From NCBI GenBank assembly GCA_964016885.1, contig OZ024742.1:71548001-71612000 (forward strand): a stretch of 64,000 nucleotides of DNA, read 5' to 3'. Shown here piece after piece: positions 26,329 to 38,345 of this stretch. Made by a program: the position numbers and the translations under genes. The notes under the pieces are model-generated. The model did no database searches, was not told the origin of the DNA, and saw nothing but the letters and a program-made list of their open reading frames with translations. Each line of letters opens with the position of its first letter. Within the stretch, counting starts at the first letter, position 1. Source of the stretch: Eledone cirrhosa. Its lineage: Eukaryota.

Positions 26329-26546
26329 CCCTCTACCATTTAAACCGGCCATATCCGGCCAGAATCCTCTCACCTCTTTTTGTTCAAGACGGCTGTAACT
26401 GGCCACTCATACTGATGTTAAGGTATTGTTCTAAAAAAAAATCACACTCTCGTAGATTTGATATTATGTGAGGTAATTATGTAAGATAAAGCCTTTACCA
26501 CAAAAATACAATAGTATATATATAGAGTAATGTAAATGCTAAAGGG
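26329..26546. mobile_element. piggyBac-type MITE
   Basis: TTAA on both sides (26325-26328, 26547-26550); TIR ccctctaccattta / taaatgctaaaggg; second copy at 63049-63250. Confidence 0.8.
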
Positions 26547-26584
26547 TTAAACTTTTAATCTGTGCTAATAGGAAATATTAACTC

Positions 26585-27715
26585 TACGTTTTTACATCTG
26601 TTTTTCCACACTTGCATGGGTTTGACAGGTCTTTCTCAGCACAGCATCTCTCCACTTGACATATTCCTTCATCATCTTTTCTGTGAATTTCAACAATTGA
26701 GGTCAGCTCTCACCACCTCTGCCCAGGTCTTTCTTGGTCTATCTCTACTGTGGTTTCCTTCCACTGGCATTTCCTGGCACTTCTTTACCAATTGATCATC
26801 ATCCATGTGCATAACATGTCGATACCAATGCAGTCTTCTTTCCTGCATACTACCTCACATTCCTCTTAGACTCAGCTTCTCCCTCAGTTCATATCTCAGT
26901 TATGTTGCACATCCAATGAAGCATGGCTGCTTAATTTCTCTCCAGTCTACACGTCTTCTGCAGTCATTGCTCAAGTTTCACTACCATGCAGCATAGTATT
27001 TCGTACACAGGCATCATACAGTCGTCCTTTTGTATGTAGGGAGAAACCTTTTGTTGTCAACAGTGGGACTAGCTCTCCATCCTATCCTTATTCTAGCTAA
27101 TATTCTCTCAGAGCACACTCCTCCACTGCTGATTAAATTACCTAGATAGCAGAAGCTATCAACCATTTCTCTGGGTCTTTCCTATGACTGGAAAAGGTTT
27201 ATATCACTGCCACTCTTCCCTTCGATTTCTCCTGTGCATCTTCTACTTAAAAGTTTTCCCTTCTTGTTAGTCTACCCATTATCCCAGTACATCCCTTGTA
27301 TACCCAAGATTTATATTGTGTACACCATATGGAGTTTATGCCTACTCCTTTTCTACTTATCGAGCAGGGCCACTTCTCTGAGGGGATCAGGGTCTTATCT
27401 TCTTTCCTACTTACTAGTACTTTAGTTTTATTATTCCAAATTCTGTTTTCATGGTCGAAACTTATTTTCTTGTTCTTTTATGGATTTGGCTATCAAGACC
27501 AAATCATCTGCATAAAGAAATTCCCATGGGCAGCTAGTTTTAAACTCCTCTGTTATGGCCTGGAGAACTATGATGAACAACAATGGGCTAAGAACCAAAC
27601 CTTGATGAACTCCTACCTTTACCTTGAATTCCTCAGTAAACTCACTTTTTACTCTCTCTTTACTAACAATTCTTCTGTACATGGCTAGCACTGCTCTCAC
27701 AATCCATTCTTCTAT
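26585..27715 (-). mobile_element. RTE LINE 3' fragment with tail
   Basis: GVHQGLVLSPLLFIIVLQAITEEFKTSCPWEFLYADDL; tail aaacccatgcaagtgtggaaaaa. Confidence 0.9.
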
Positions 27716-27774
27716 AGCTATATATATATATATAAATAAATAAATAAATAAATAAATAAATTTTTTTTTATTTG

Positions 27775-28150
27775 AATGTTGCAAAGCCGGCCATTCATCG
27801 CTCATATACAGGAAACTGACTGGCCAGTCTGCTGATATGCAAATCTGGCTGATCAGTGGATCTACTAGTTTGCAGATCTGACTGATCAGCCAGTCTGCTA
27901 ATATGCAAATCAAGCCGATCAGTCACTGTATATTTTAGAAAATAGCATATAGTTGGCAGGCGAACAGTGAGTTGCACTGATGAAGGGTGATGCCCAGAAA
28001 CATTAGTGTCTGCAGTTCTGTTTACATGCCAACACAAGAGCAAGAATGAAGAGTTCATTCTACTGACATGGCTTTTAAAATGAGCCTTGTTTGCATAATT
28101 GCAAACGAATTGAATGTTATTATTAATATTCGAAAAACTCAGATTACATT

Positions 28151-28152
<2 letters not shown>
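27775..28152 (-). repeat. Inverted copy of the Helitron-associated segment 24735-25125
   Basis: Reverse complement aataaatgtaatctgagttttt..cagactggccagtcagtttcctgtata..ggccggctttgc, highly similar to the + copy. Confidence 0.85.

Positions 28153-28153
<1 letters not shown>

Positions 28154-28222
<69 letters not shown>
28154..28222. repeat. (TA)n microsatellite
   Basis: Direct reading. Confidence 0.95.
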
Positions 28223-28229
<7 letters not shown>

Positions 28230-28556
28230 CATATAATCATCGTCATCGTTTAACATCTGCTGCGAGTACTGGTTGGATATTGTATGTGTATGTATATGTG
28301 TGTGCGTGTTTGCCATAACCTCTCCAAATCATTGAAAAGTTCTCACCATCTTAACTTTGAGGTGATTTCAGCTTCACAAGGAAGCAAGATAGGTGATCTA
28401 CCAGCTGCACTAGAGATTCTGAAGAAGGACTGTAGAGGAAGTATGTGATGTCTCATTAGTAAGGCACCTACTATAGAAGTCCCTATGGTGGTAAAGGAGA
28501 GGATGTACCAGGTGCTGTGTACTGGTTATTATATAGTTTATCAAATTAGTCTAAAT

Positions 28557-28863
28557 CAATGTTTCTCAACCTTTTTACCCTTGTGGAACCTTTGAAATAG
28601 TTTTCATGTCTCAGCAAACACCTACATGAAAATTATTATATACCATTATTAATATCTATGTCTCCTAGAGGTTGAAGCCTTTATAATAACGAAGGGTTTT
28701 TCAACAATATGCTGTACCTGTATAGTAAAATTACAAATATAAAATTAAACAAAAATTACTAAAAGAAATGCATTAGCTTATTTAGATCAGCATTTCATCC
28801 GGAACCCCTAGTGACCTCTTACGGAACCCTAGGGTTCCAAGGAACACAGATTGAGAAATGCTG
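28557..28863. mobile_element. hAT (Charlie-like) MITE
   Basis: TIRs caatgtttctcaa / ttgagaaatgctg; 8-bp TSD gtctaaat / gtctaaac. Confidence 0.85.
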
Positions 28864-29122
28864 GTCTAAACGAATGAAACTATTGATTAGCTCAAGCCTG
28901 ATGAAAATTTATGATCAGAAGAATAATAAATTAAGTTATTGTTTAGCTGTAGCTCAAGTTTGATCAAGCAAATCTATTAACTATAGCTTAAGTCAGATCA
29001 AGCAGATCTATGATAAGAAGTATTCCAGTTGTGTCCATCCCATTTTTTAACCCTTCTAATACCAAACCACATAAAAAACACCTCTTGTTCTACAATAAAA
29101 AGCTGTTTATTTCAAAGTGTTT

Positions 29123-29390
29123 ATCATCACCATTTAACGTCCATTTTCCACGCTAGCATTGGTTACACAAGCTGTCCTGTTGTGAGACAAGCCGGGTCAG
29201 ATGACCATGTCTTGCTTATACACAACTGATTTTGGATTGGCTTCTACGGCTGGATGTCCCCCCCCCCCCCCCAATGCCAACCACATTTACACTGTGAACT
29301 GGGTGCTTTTTGTCATGACACCTACACAACCACTTTACAGTGTGGACTGGGTGTTTTTATTGTGACACATACATGACTCCTTTACAGGGC
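29123..29390 (-). mobile_element. Non-autonomous RTE derivative (same family as 3941-4403)
   Basis: (cat) tail, ttaacgtccattttccacgctagcat, ctggatg..ccaaccacatttaca..gggtgcttttt and two to three monomers. Confidence 0.7.
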
Positions 29391-29399
29391 CTATATTCA

Positions 29400-29862
29400 T
29401 CTAAAAACCTTCAATTGTAATCTTATATTAGATCTTTTGTTAAGTTATGTTCCAAACATTAGCTTAATAATTAGACTGTTAATCATATTACTAAATCTCT
29501 GCAAATTTTTATTTTTTATATTTTCAAAATTATTTGAAAATCATTTATAGTGTTTTTCATTAAAAATATGGTAATAAATGGGTTAAAGGAATTTAGGATG
29601 ACATTATTTAATATGTCCTTTCCCCTATTATTAACCTTTTCTTTAGCATATTTCTAATGAAATACTGAGCCCATATGTTTCAGTGAATTTTGAAAATAAT
29701 CAATAATTTGGAAGAATTTAGTAATAAAACTTGTTTCATTAGTAAGCTGCTATTGGGAACATTATTTAACAAACATTTCTTACATAAAATTAGGACAGAA
29801 TTAACAATTTTATAACATAAAACTAAAAGTAGTTTCAGGCATGTTGATATCAAAAGGGCTAA
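29400..29862. mobile_element. Two divergently oriented copies of an AT-rich TTAA-flanked MITE
   Basis: 29631-29862 (ttaacc..gtttcaggca..aaaagggctaa) is homologous to 59607-59862; 29400-29586 is a partial reverse copy ending gggttaa. Confidence 0.5.
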
Positions 29863-30284
29863 AATGACTTGATTTTGAAGAAAATTTGGCTGCTATTTCA
29901 AGCAAGTTGTGTAACTTTATAGAGGCTCACTCATTGGTTCATGTTTACAACACTCTCTCTCATAACAACACACACTCTCCCACATGACATGCACACACAC
30001 TCTCTCATACATACACACTCACATGCACACACACTTTCTCACTCTGATATACACAACACACACACACACTCTCTCTCTCTCTCACACACACTTTCTTTCT
30101 CATTCACATACACTCCCTCACACACATTCTCTTCTCACTCTTTTCCCCTTCCCTCACAAGTTCTCCTGCAATACTCATGTCATATCTGATACAAAGAAGG
30201 ATGTTATGTAGGAGGTGATGGTGGTGGTGGAGAGCGGAGAATTAGATAGAATATTCTAGATACTGTTGAATAATCCCTAGCTTT

Positions 30285-30614
30285 CATCATCATCATCATT
30301 TCATTTTTCCCTGCTTGCAAGGGTGGGACGGGAACTGATTCTGGCTTGATTTCTACAGCTGGTTGCCCTTCCTAACACCAACCTCATTTACAGTGAGTGC
30401 TGGGTGCTTTTTTGCCGTGGCACCTCCACGACCACTTTACAGTGGAATGATAGGGGCCCAAGTCCCTATCATCTCATTTCTACAGCTAAGTAAACTGGAG
30501 CAATGTGAAATAAAGTGTCTTGCTCAAGGAAACAACACATCACCCGGTCTGAGAATTGAACTCACAACCTTTCGATTGCAAGGCCAATGCTCTAACCACT
30601 AAGCCGCGTGCCTC
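30285..30614 (-). mobile_element. SINE family A, full length (small tail deletion)
   Basis: Reverse complement of family A. Confidence 0.92.
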
Positions 30615-30771
30615 TTCTGCTTTTCAAAAGGTGAGTTGAGATGGAGGGTCTGATGGAGGGTCTGTCTCACATGTGAGTTGCATTTTCGATTTCATCTCTT
30701 TTTCTTTATACTTTCACTCGTGTAGGACACCTCGGTTATTTTTCATTTTGTAAAAAAAACCTCACTTTCTA

Positions 30772-30802
<31 letters not shown>

Positions 30803-31457
30803 GCAGTGTTTATGTGCGTGCATTAATGTCCATATGCTTATGATAATACTATATGCACATATATATGTGTGTGTGTGGGTGTGTGTGTGTGTATGTATGT
30901 TCGTAGTTATGTGTATGTTTATGCATATACGCGCGTGTGTGTGTGTGAGTGTACGAATATGTATGAGTATATGAATGTGTGTATACATTTATTTCATATT
31001 TATGTGTCTATACGCATTTTATCTGTGGATTATAAACTTACAGAGACATTAGCCTTGAATTTTTGTATTTGCATACATCTTTTTGGCATGCGTATGCATG
31101 TGAACATATATCTTTATGTAAATATATGTACGAAGTTAATTACATGTATATACACACACCAAACTGCATAAAATTTTTTGTATTTTCATTGGTCAATTTG
31201 AACTCTGTTCCCAAACGGACCTGAAATTTTGAATTGTTGTTATTATCAATAAATATATTTCATTATTTCTGAAGACGGCATATATATGTGTTTGGTATGT
31301 ATATTTAATTTTGATAGTTTGTATAATTTTGTACATAGATCTGTTGAATATGCATGCCAATTCTAACACATATATATCCTAGAAACGATCGTTAAATAAT
31401 GAACTTTTTTTGTTTAATATAAGGAACTGTTTCATTGTTTTATTCATTATTTGTTTA

Positions 31458-31496
<39 letters not shown>

Positions 31497-31840
31497 GCAC
31501 AAAAGAACAAAGCAATATACAATCTAGTTCTGGTGGGTGTTTAATAAACTTACATTTGTATTCTCTGAAAACTGTTTTAGTATAAAACTCATTAATATTG
31601 TTTGTTTGTTTGTTTGTGTGTGTGTAAGAGACAGCATAAACAGAAATACTTGAGGTGGTCGTTCGTTGTTTATCCTATCTCTACTATTAAAAATTTAGCT
31701 TTGTCTAATGATCTTGGAAGTACATAGGTGAAACACCAGAGTAGCAAAACTCACCACTAGCTGCAATAAAGAATATTTGAAGTACACTTTGGTATTGAGT
31801 ACTCATTCTCATGTTTGTCAATAACATACAAATGTGTGTA

Positions 31841-31891
<51 letters not shown>

Positions 31892-32317
31892 ATATGTATA
31901 TATATACATGTATATATATACAACAGCAAAATATACATGTATATATAACAACAGCAGCAACTACAATAACAACTACAGCAACAACAACTGCCACCACCAT
32001 CACTGACCATCCACCATCACCATACTGACACAATTCACCACCACCACCACTATTAACAGCGTAAAGCAAACAATTATTATTATTATTATATAAAAACTGA
32101 ACTGGACTGGGAAAAGTCAACAGTTGACATGATTTTGATTTTGTATTTGTATCAGTACTGCCGGTAATATATATATATACATGTGAGTGGTGTGTGTGTT
32201 TGTATGCATGAATGAGTATTGGTATGTGAGTGGTGTGTGTGTTTGTGGTTTGTATGCATGAGTGTTGGTGTGTGTGTCATGTCAATAAGTTTGTTTTTTT
32301 TTTGTTTTTTATAATGA

Positions 32318-35300
32318 CCATGCTGTAAAATGGAGGGGTAGAGAGGGCCCTTGAGTCTAGTAAGACATCCTCTCTAGTGCTGGTGGCACAAATAAAAGCA
32401 CCCAGTCCATGCTGTAAAGTGGCGCTGGTGTTAGGAAGGGCATCCAACCAGTGTATCAATGCCAAAACGCTTATCAGCACAGCAACAAATAAGAACAACA
32501 ACAAAATATGAAGACGTCGCATCTCGGAGTTGCAACACTTAATGTTGGCACTCTCAGAGGTAGATCTGCTGAAATAGTGGAGATGCTGGAGAGAAGGCAT
32601 GTGGATGTGTGCTGCGTGCAAGAGGTGAGATGGAGAGGTGCCTCTGCAAGACTAGTCGTAGGCAAATGTCTTAGCTATAAGCTATTCTGGGTAGGTAAGG
32701 ATGATGGGTTAAGGGGAGTAGGCATTTTCCTGGCTGAGAAATGGATCAATAAGACAATAGAGGTAGTTCGAGTTAGTAATCGAATAATTAGGCTTAGATT
32801 AGTTGTAGGCAGGAGACTACTGACAATCATCTCGGCCTATGCTCCCCAAGCAGGCCTAGGCAAAGATGAGAAAGACTGCTTTTACGAGCAACTTTTACAA
32901 ACAACCATAATGACAGAGGACGGAGACATCGTTATGCTAGCAGGAGACTTCAATGGTCATGTTGGACAGCTCCAGGATGGTTACACTGGGGTACATGGTG
33001 GGCACGGTTACGGCTCAAGAAATGAAGAAGGAGTGAGACTTCTTCAATTTTGTGATGCAGGTACATTGACTATTTGCAGCACAAACTTCCAGAAACATGC
33101 CAATCACCTAATAACCTACAAATCTGGTGAGCACATAAGCCAGATTGACTTCTTACTAGTTAGGCAGCGGGACAGGCAGATAGTGTCTAATACCAAGGCA
33201 TACCCTGGGGAATAATGTACCCCACAGCATAGGTTAGTCGTTAGTGATATCTCAGTAAGCAAGAGATGGAATGAGACATACAGGAAGGTGTGGAGAAGAA
33301 AGGTCTGGAAGCTAAAATACAAATTTAGGAAAGCCCTTCAAGATGTATATGACGAAAAAGAAGTTGATTTAGAGACGTATGACATAGATAATAACTGGAA
33401 TTTCTTACGTGACAACCTGCTGCAGGCTACTGATGAAACTTGTGGCTGGAGCTGAGCTCCAACCAGACAGAGTGACCTGGTGGTGGAACAGCACAGTAGA
33501 TAAGGCCATTAGAGACAAAAGACTAGCATGGAAGGCTTGGAAAAAGGGTGGGAGTAGGGAAGAATATACAGCCACTAAGAGAGAAGCTAGACGTCAGGTG
33601 TACTTAGCACGCAGGGAGGCAGAGAGTAGGAGGTTTGCCAATGTTCTGCGACGGGAAGATCAGAGGCGTGCGGTGTTCCACATTGCAAGGCAGTGTGTCA
33701 ATGCAAATCAGGATGTTGTTGGAGATAAATATGTCCGGGATGATGCCGGTGTACTTAGTGTCACGAATGATCAGAAAAAGGAGGCCTGGAAATGTCATTA
33801 TGAGAGACTGATGAATGTGGAGAACGAATGGGAGAGAGAGAAATTACCCTTGGTAGATCCGACAGAGGGACCAGCTATTGAGATTGACGAATATAGGGTC
33901 CAAGAGGCGATTAGGGAAATGAAAATTGGTAAGGCCGCTGGATCATCAGCAATAGTTGCTGAGATGCTGAAGGCATCAGGGGACGTAGGCACTAAACTGG
34001 TTGCACGTATCATCAATCAGGCTATATATGGTGGTGTCATACCCAAAGACTGGTGCAGCAGTATTCTCATAAATTGCTACAAAGGTAAAGGGGATGCTCT
34101 GGAGAGGAGCAATTATAGGGGTATAAAACTGATGGATCAGGTTATGAAAGTGGCAGAAAGGATATTAGCACAACTAATTAGAGAAAGGGTCAAACTAGAT
34201 GAGATGCAATTTGGTTTTGTGCCTGGGAAGAGTACAACAGATGCCCTCTTCTTGGTGAGACAATTGCAAGAGAGGTTCTTAGAGAAAAATAAGCCACTAT
34301 ACTTAGCCTTTGTTGACCTAGAGAAGGCCTTTGATAGGGTATCCCGATCTGTCATCTGATGGTCCCTAAGGAAGCTAGGTGTTGAGGAATGGCTTGTGAG
34401 GACAGTGCAAACTTTGTACAGAGGTACTCTCAGTAAAGTCAGAGTAGGAATGGAGTTTAGTGAGGAATTCCAGATACAAGTAGGAGTACATCAAGGTTCA
34501 GTCCTCAGCCCGCTCTTGTTCATTATAGTCCTCCAAGCCATAACAGAGGAGTTTAAGACTAGCTGTCCATGGGAACTTCTCTATGCTGACGATCTCGTTC
34601 TTATAGCAGAATCAGTAGAGGAGCTAGAGAATAAATTCTGGCTATGGAAACAGCAGTTGGAAGCAAGACGACTGAGAGTGAACCTAGCTAAGACAAAAGT
34701 GTTGATGAGTAGAAAAGAGGACAAAACCCTGATTCCGTCAGGGAAATGGCCATGTTCGATATGCAGAAAAGGAACTGGCATAAATTCTATAAAATGCACA
34801 CAATGCAGATCCTGGGTACACAAGAGATGTAGCGGGATAGCAGGCAAACTAACAGGTAGGGAGAAATATGTATGCAGTAGATATACAGGGAAATTAATAT
34901 TAGACAGTAGAAGTCGCATTGATAGACACATTTTTCAGATGCAGGAGGGCGCTATAGAAGTGGTGGATAGCTTCCAGTACCTAGGAGATCAGATTAGCAT
35001 GGGAGGAGGGTGTTCCGAGGCCATAGTATCTAGAATAAGGACGGGTTGGAAGAAGTTTAGGGAGCTGCTTCCTCTGTTGACGAAGAAGGGTTTCTCCCTG
35101 CGTACGAAAGGCCGGTTGTATGATGCCTGTGTGAGGAGCGCGATGCTGCACGGTAGTGAGACATGGGCAGCAACTGCAGAGGATATGCGACGGCTGGGGA
35201 GAAATGAGGCAAGCATGCTCCGTTGGATGTGCAGTGTAAATGTGCGTGAACGACCCAGCATAAATGTGTTGAGAGAGAAACTGTGTCTGAGAGGGATAGA

Positions 35301-35580
35301 ATGTAGTGTACGGGAGAGGAGACTGAGGTGGTATGGACATGTGATGCGCATGGAGGATGACCGATGGGTGAAGAAATGCCAGGAAATGCCAGTTGAAGGA
35401 AGACGTGGTAGAGGTAGACCACGAAAAACATGGGCGGAGGTGGTGAGAACAGACCTCAGCATTGAAGCTCACGGTGGAGATGACGAGGGACCGTGACGAG
35501 TGGAGAGATGCTGTGCTGAATAAGACCCATCCCACCCTTGCAAGCAGGGAAAAGCGGACGTAAAATGATGATGATGATGA
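32318..35580 (+). mobile_element. Near full-length, recently inactivated RTE-clade LINE (AP endonuclease, RT, PHD-like finger)
   Basis: EN: ATLNVGTL, CVQEVRW, SAYAPQ, AGDFNGHVG, QIDFLL. RT: QFGFVPG, FVDLEKAFDRV, HQGSVLSPLLF, YADD, FQYLG. Broken by stops at 33213-33215 and 34357-34359 and by indels; 5'-UTR motif ggtgttaggaagggcatcc; tail ...gcggacgtaaaa(tga)n. Confidence 0.96.
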
Positions 35581-35623
35581 TATATACATGTACATGTATA
35601 TGTATACATGTATATATGTATAT

Positions 35624-35966
35624 ACATGGCTTAGTGGTTAGAGCATTGGCCTTGCAATCGAAAGGTTGTGAGTTCAATTCTCAGACCAGGTGATGTGTTG
35701 TTTCCTTGAGCAAGACACTTTATTTCACATTGCTCCAGTTTACTCAGCTGTAGAAATGAGATGATAGAGACTGGGGTCCCTATCATTCCACTGCAAAGTG
35801 GTCGTGGAGGTGCCACGGCAAAAAAGCACCCAGCACTCACTGTAAATGAGGTTGGTGTTAGGAAGGGCATCCAGCTGTAGAAATCAAGCCAGAATCAGTT
35901 CCCGTCCCACCCTTGCAAGCAGGGAAAAAGCGGACGTAAAATGAAATGATGATGATGAATGATGAT
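35624..35966 (+). mobile_element. SINE family A, near full length
   Basis: Matches 2775-3116; lies about 45 bp after the RTE tail. Confidence 0.92.
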
Positions 35967-36308
35967 ATACATGTATATATGTATACATGTATATATGTGT
36001 ATATATACATGTATATGTATATATGTATACACGTATATGTATATATGTATACACGTATATGTATATATGTATACATGTATATGTATATATGTATACATGT
36101 ATATGTATATATGTATACATGTATATATGTATACATGTATATATGTATATATATACATGTATATACGTATATATATATACATGTGTGCGTATATATATAT
36201 ACACACACACACGCGCATGCACATATAAATACACACAAACGCACACACACACGCACACATATATATATATGTATATACATGCGTGTGTGATGTTTTGTGT
36301 GTGTGTGT
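35967..36308. repeat. Compound (TA/TG/CA) microsatellite
   Basis: tatatgtatacatg-type repeats; source of the Y/I/H/T ORFs. Confidence 0.9.
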
Positions 36309-36987
36309 GATAGCAGTATCAACTCTACTTCAGCATTACTCCACACCTTAAAAATTACTGAAAACTGATGAAATAAAATGCTAAAAAGATGAGATCACCC
36401 ACTATCCATTTTTAAACCAGACTTATGTTGTCAGTTCGCACACACACTCACTAGTCCTAGTCGAGTGAACATGTTAGTATTTCAGGTCTTGCTTGATCTT
36501 ACCATTTAAAACCTGTAACGGGGGCAGCGTTTCTCAACCCACACCAGTTGAGAAATGTCGAACTGGGGTATCTATCCTGTGTGGAATAGGCACACTGTAC
36601 TCTTATATGTCATAAGTGTTGACTAAATGGGTCACTACCCAGGACACCCAGTGATAAAACTTTGTAGCTAAAGAATCCCATGATGAATATGAAACCTATC
36701 ATAGCTAACTCCTGATTAGTAGGGAAAATGACCTTAAACTACTTGTTTTCTGTTATAATTAAGTAGTTTTAGTAGTAGTGGTTATTGCTGCTGTTTTTAC
36801 TGTATGGCAAGGATGTTGTTGGGTCTGGTTTTCATTCATTGTCATAGGATCTTAAATCATTTTGCTGTCATATTTCTGAAGCTGCCAGGAAATAGTTTGG
36901 CAATGTTGGCCACTATTAATTATTGGCTATCAGGTTTTAATTGTTTATTGTGTATAGCTTATATTTTGATACCAATTTAGAAAAAAA

Positions 36988-38345
36988 ATCATCACCATCG
37001 TTTTTATGTCTATTTTTTTATGCTAGCATGGGTTGGACGAGACTTTTTTTGAGAGAACCATTTTGTATTGCTTGATTTACAATACAGGTGGTTAAGGCAT
37101 GGCCAATCTTCCCAGATGCTTTCAGCATCTCAGCAAATATCCCTGAAGGTTCAGTTGCTTTGTCTCTCTTCATGTCCTTGATTGCCTTTCTTACTATACA
37201 GCTGCTCACTTGTACATTCGATCCCTCTGTTGGGTTTACTTAGAACAAACTGTCTTCTTCCCATGGATTCTCCTCATTTAGTCGTCTTTCATAGTTGCAC
37301 TTCCATGCTACCTTCAATTCTGCATCATTAAGGGTAAGTATGCCATTATCATCTCAGGTACACTTCTCTCCATGAACATCACAATTTTCCTTGACACACT
37401 GCCTCGCAATCCTGAACACCATGCCTTTAATCTTTCCATTGCAAAACATGCATACATTTTTTATTTTCCACTTACCTTCTTGCACAGTACACTTGTCGCA
37501 TAGATTCTCTCCTAGCATTCTGATTGTGTTCTCTACTTACTCCATTCTGCCATTCCTTCCATACATGTCTGTTGGCCTTAATTGTCTCATCCACCCTACC
37601 ATTTCACCACCAAATCACTCTCCTCTCTAGAGACCTGCACCAGCCTTAAATTTCGTTTGTCAGTAGATTATCTTTTAGGAACTCTCACTGCTCCACTATA
37701 TTGAATGTCTCTATTTGCTCTTCATTATCGTCAAAAGCATGGACCTTTAACTTCTGTATTCTTCTCCAAGTTGTCCTCTGTTACCAAGTTCATCTAACCC
37801 TAACTATAAGGTCACTAACTACTAGGTTATGTTGGGAGCTGCATTCTTCACCAGGAAGGGACTTTGTGTTTACAATCATCACTCTATCTTGTCTTCTGGT
37901 GAGGATAAAAATCTATCTGGCTAGCATGTTCATCTGGTCTATAGGTAATCAAGTAATTGTCTGGTTTTCTGAAGTTTGTTACAGGCATCGAAGAATTGCA
38001 GGAACCTGAAACCATCCTCATTTCTCACGCCAAACCCCAAACCACTGTGGCTCTGTAGAAGCCATCACAGTGTTGCCCAATATACCTGTTAAAGTCACCT
38101 GCAATGATTATGAAATCACCGTGACTTATTAGGGAAGTAGTGTGCATTAGGGATTTGTAGAACCTGTCTTTTAGTTTAGGTGCATGTGCAGATATAATTG
38201 TTTAAGTTGTTCTATTTAAAACTAGTCTAAGTTTAATTATTCTGCTGTGCACTCTATTTACAGCAATTACCATATCTACCCATTTTTCTGGTAACATAAT
38301 ACTTACTTCACCTAACCCATTGTCATTTCTGCATTCTACCAAACT
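36988..38345 (-). mobile_element. RTE LINE fragment (EN to start of RT) joined directly to an RTE 3' tail
   Basis: Minus strand AGDFN, PGEECSSQH, KAIKDMKRDKATEPSGIFAEMLKASG..NQAIQNG, then cgtccaacccatgctagcat..gatggtgatgat. Confidence 0.8.

Noticed and set aside
30620-30640. Strong donor-like AAG|GTGAGT suggesting an extra exon
   Set aside because: Lies directly beside a SINE with no convincing acceptor or coding frame, and the Ig-FN3 junction needs no extra exon.
35858-36346. Tyr/Ile/His/Met-rich ORFs (also at 30.7-32.1 kb and 46.8-47.5 kb)
   Set aside because: Alternating purine-pyrimidine microsatellites lack stop codons by construction.
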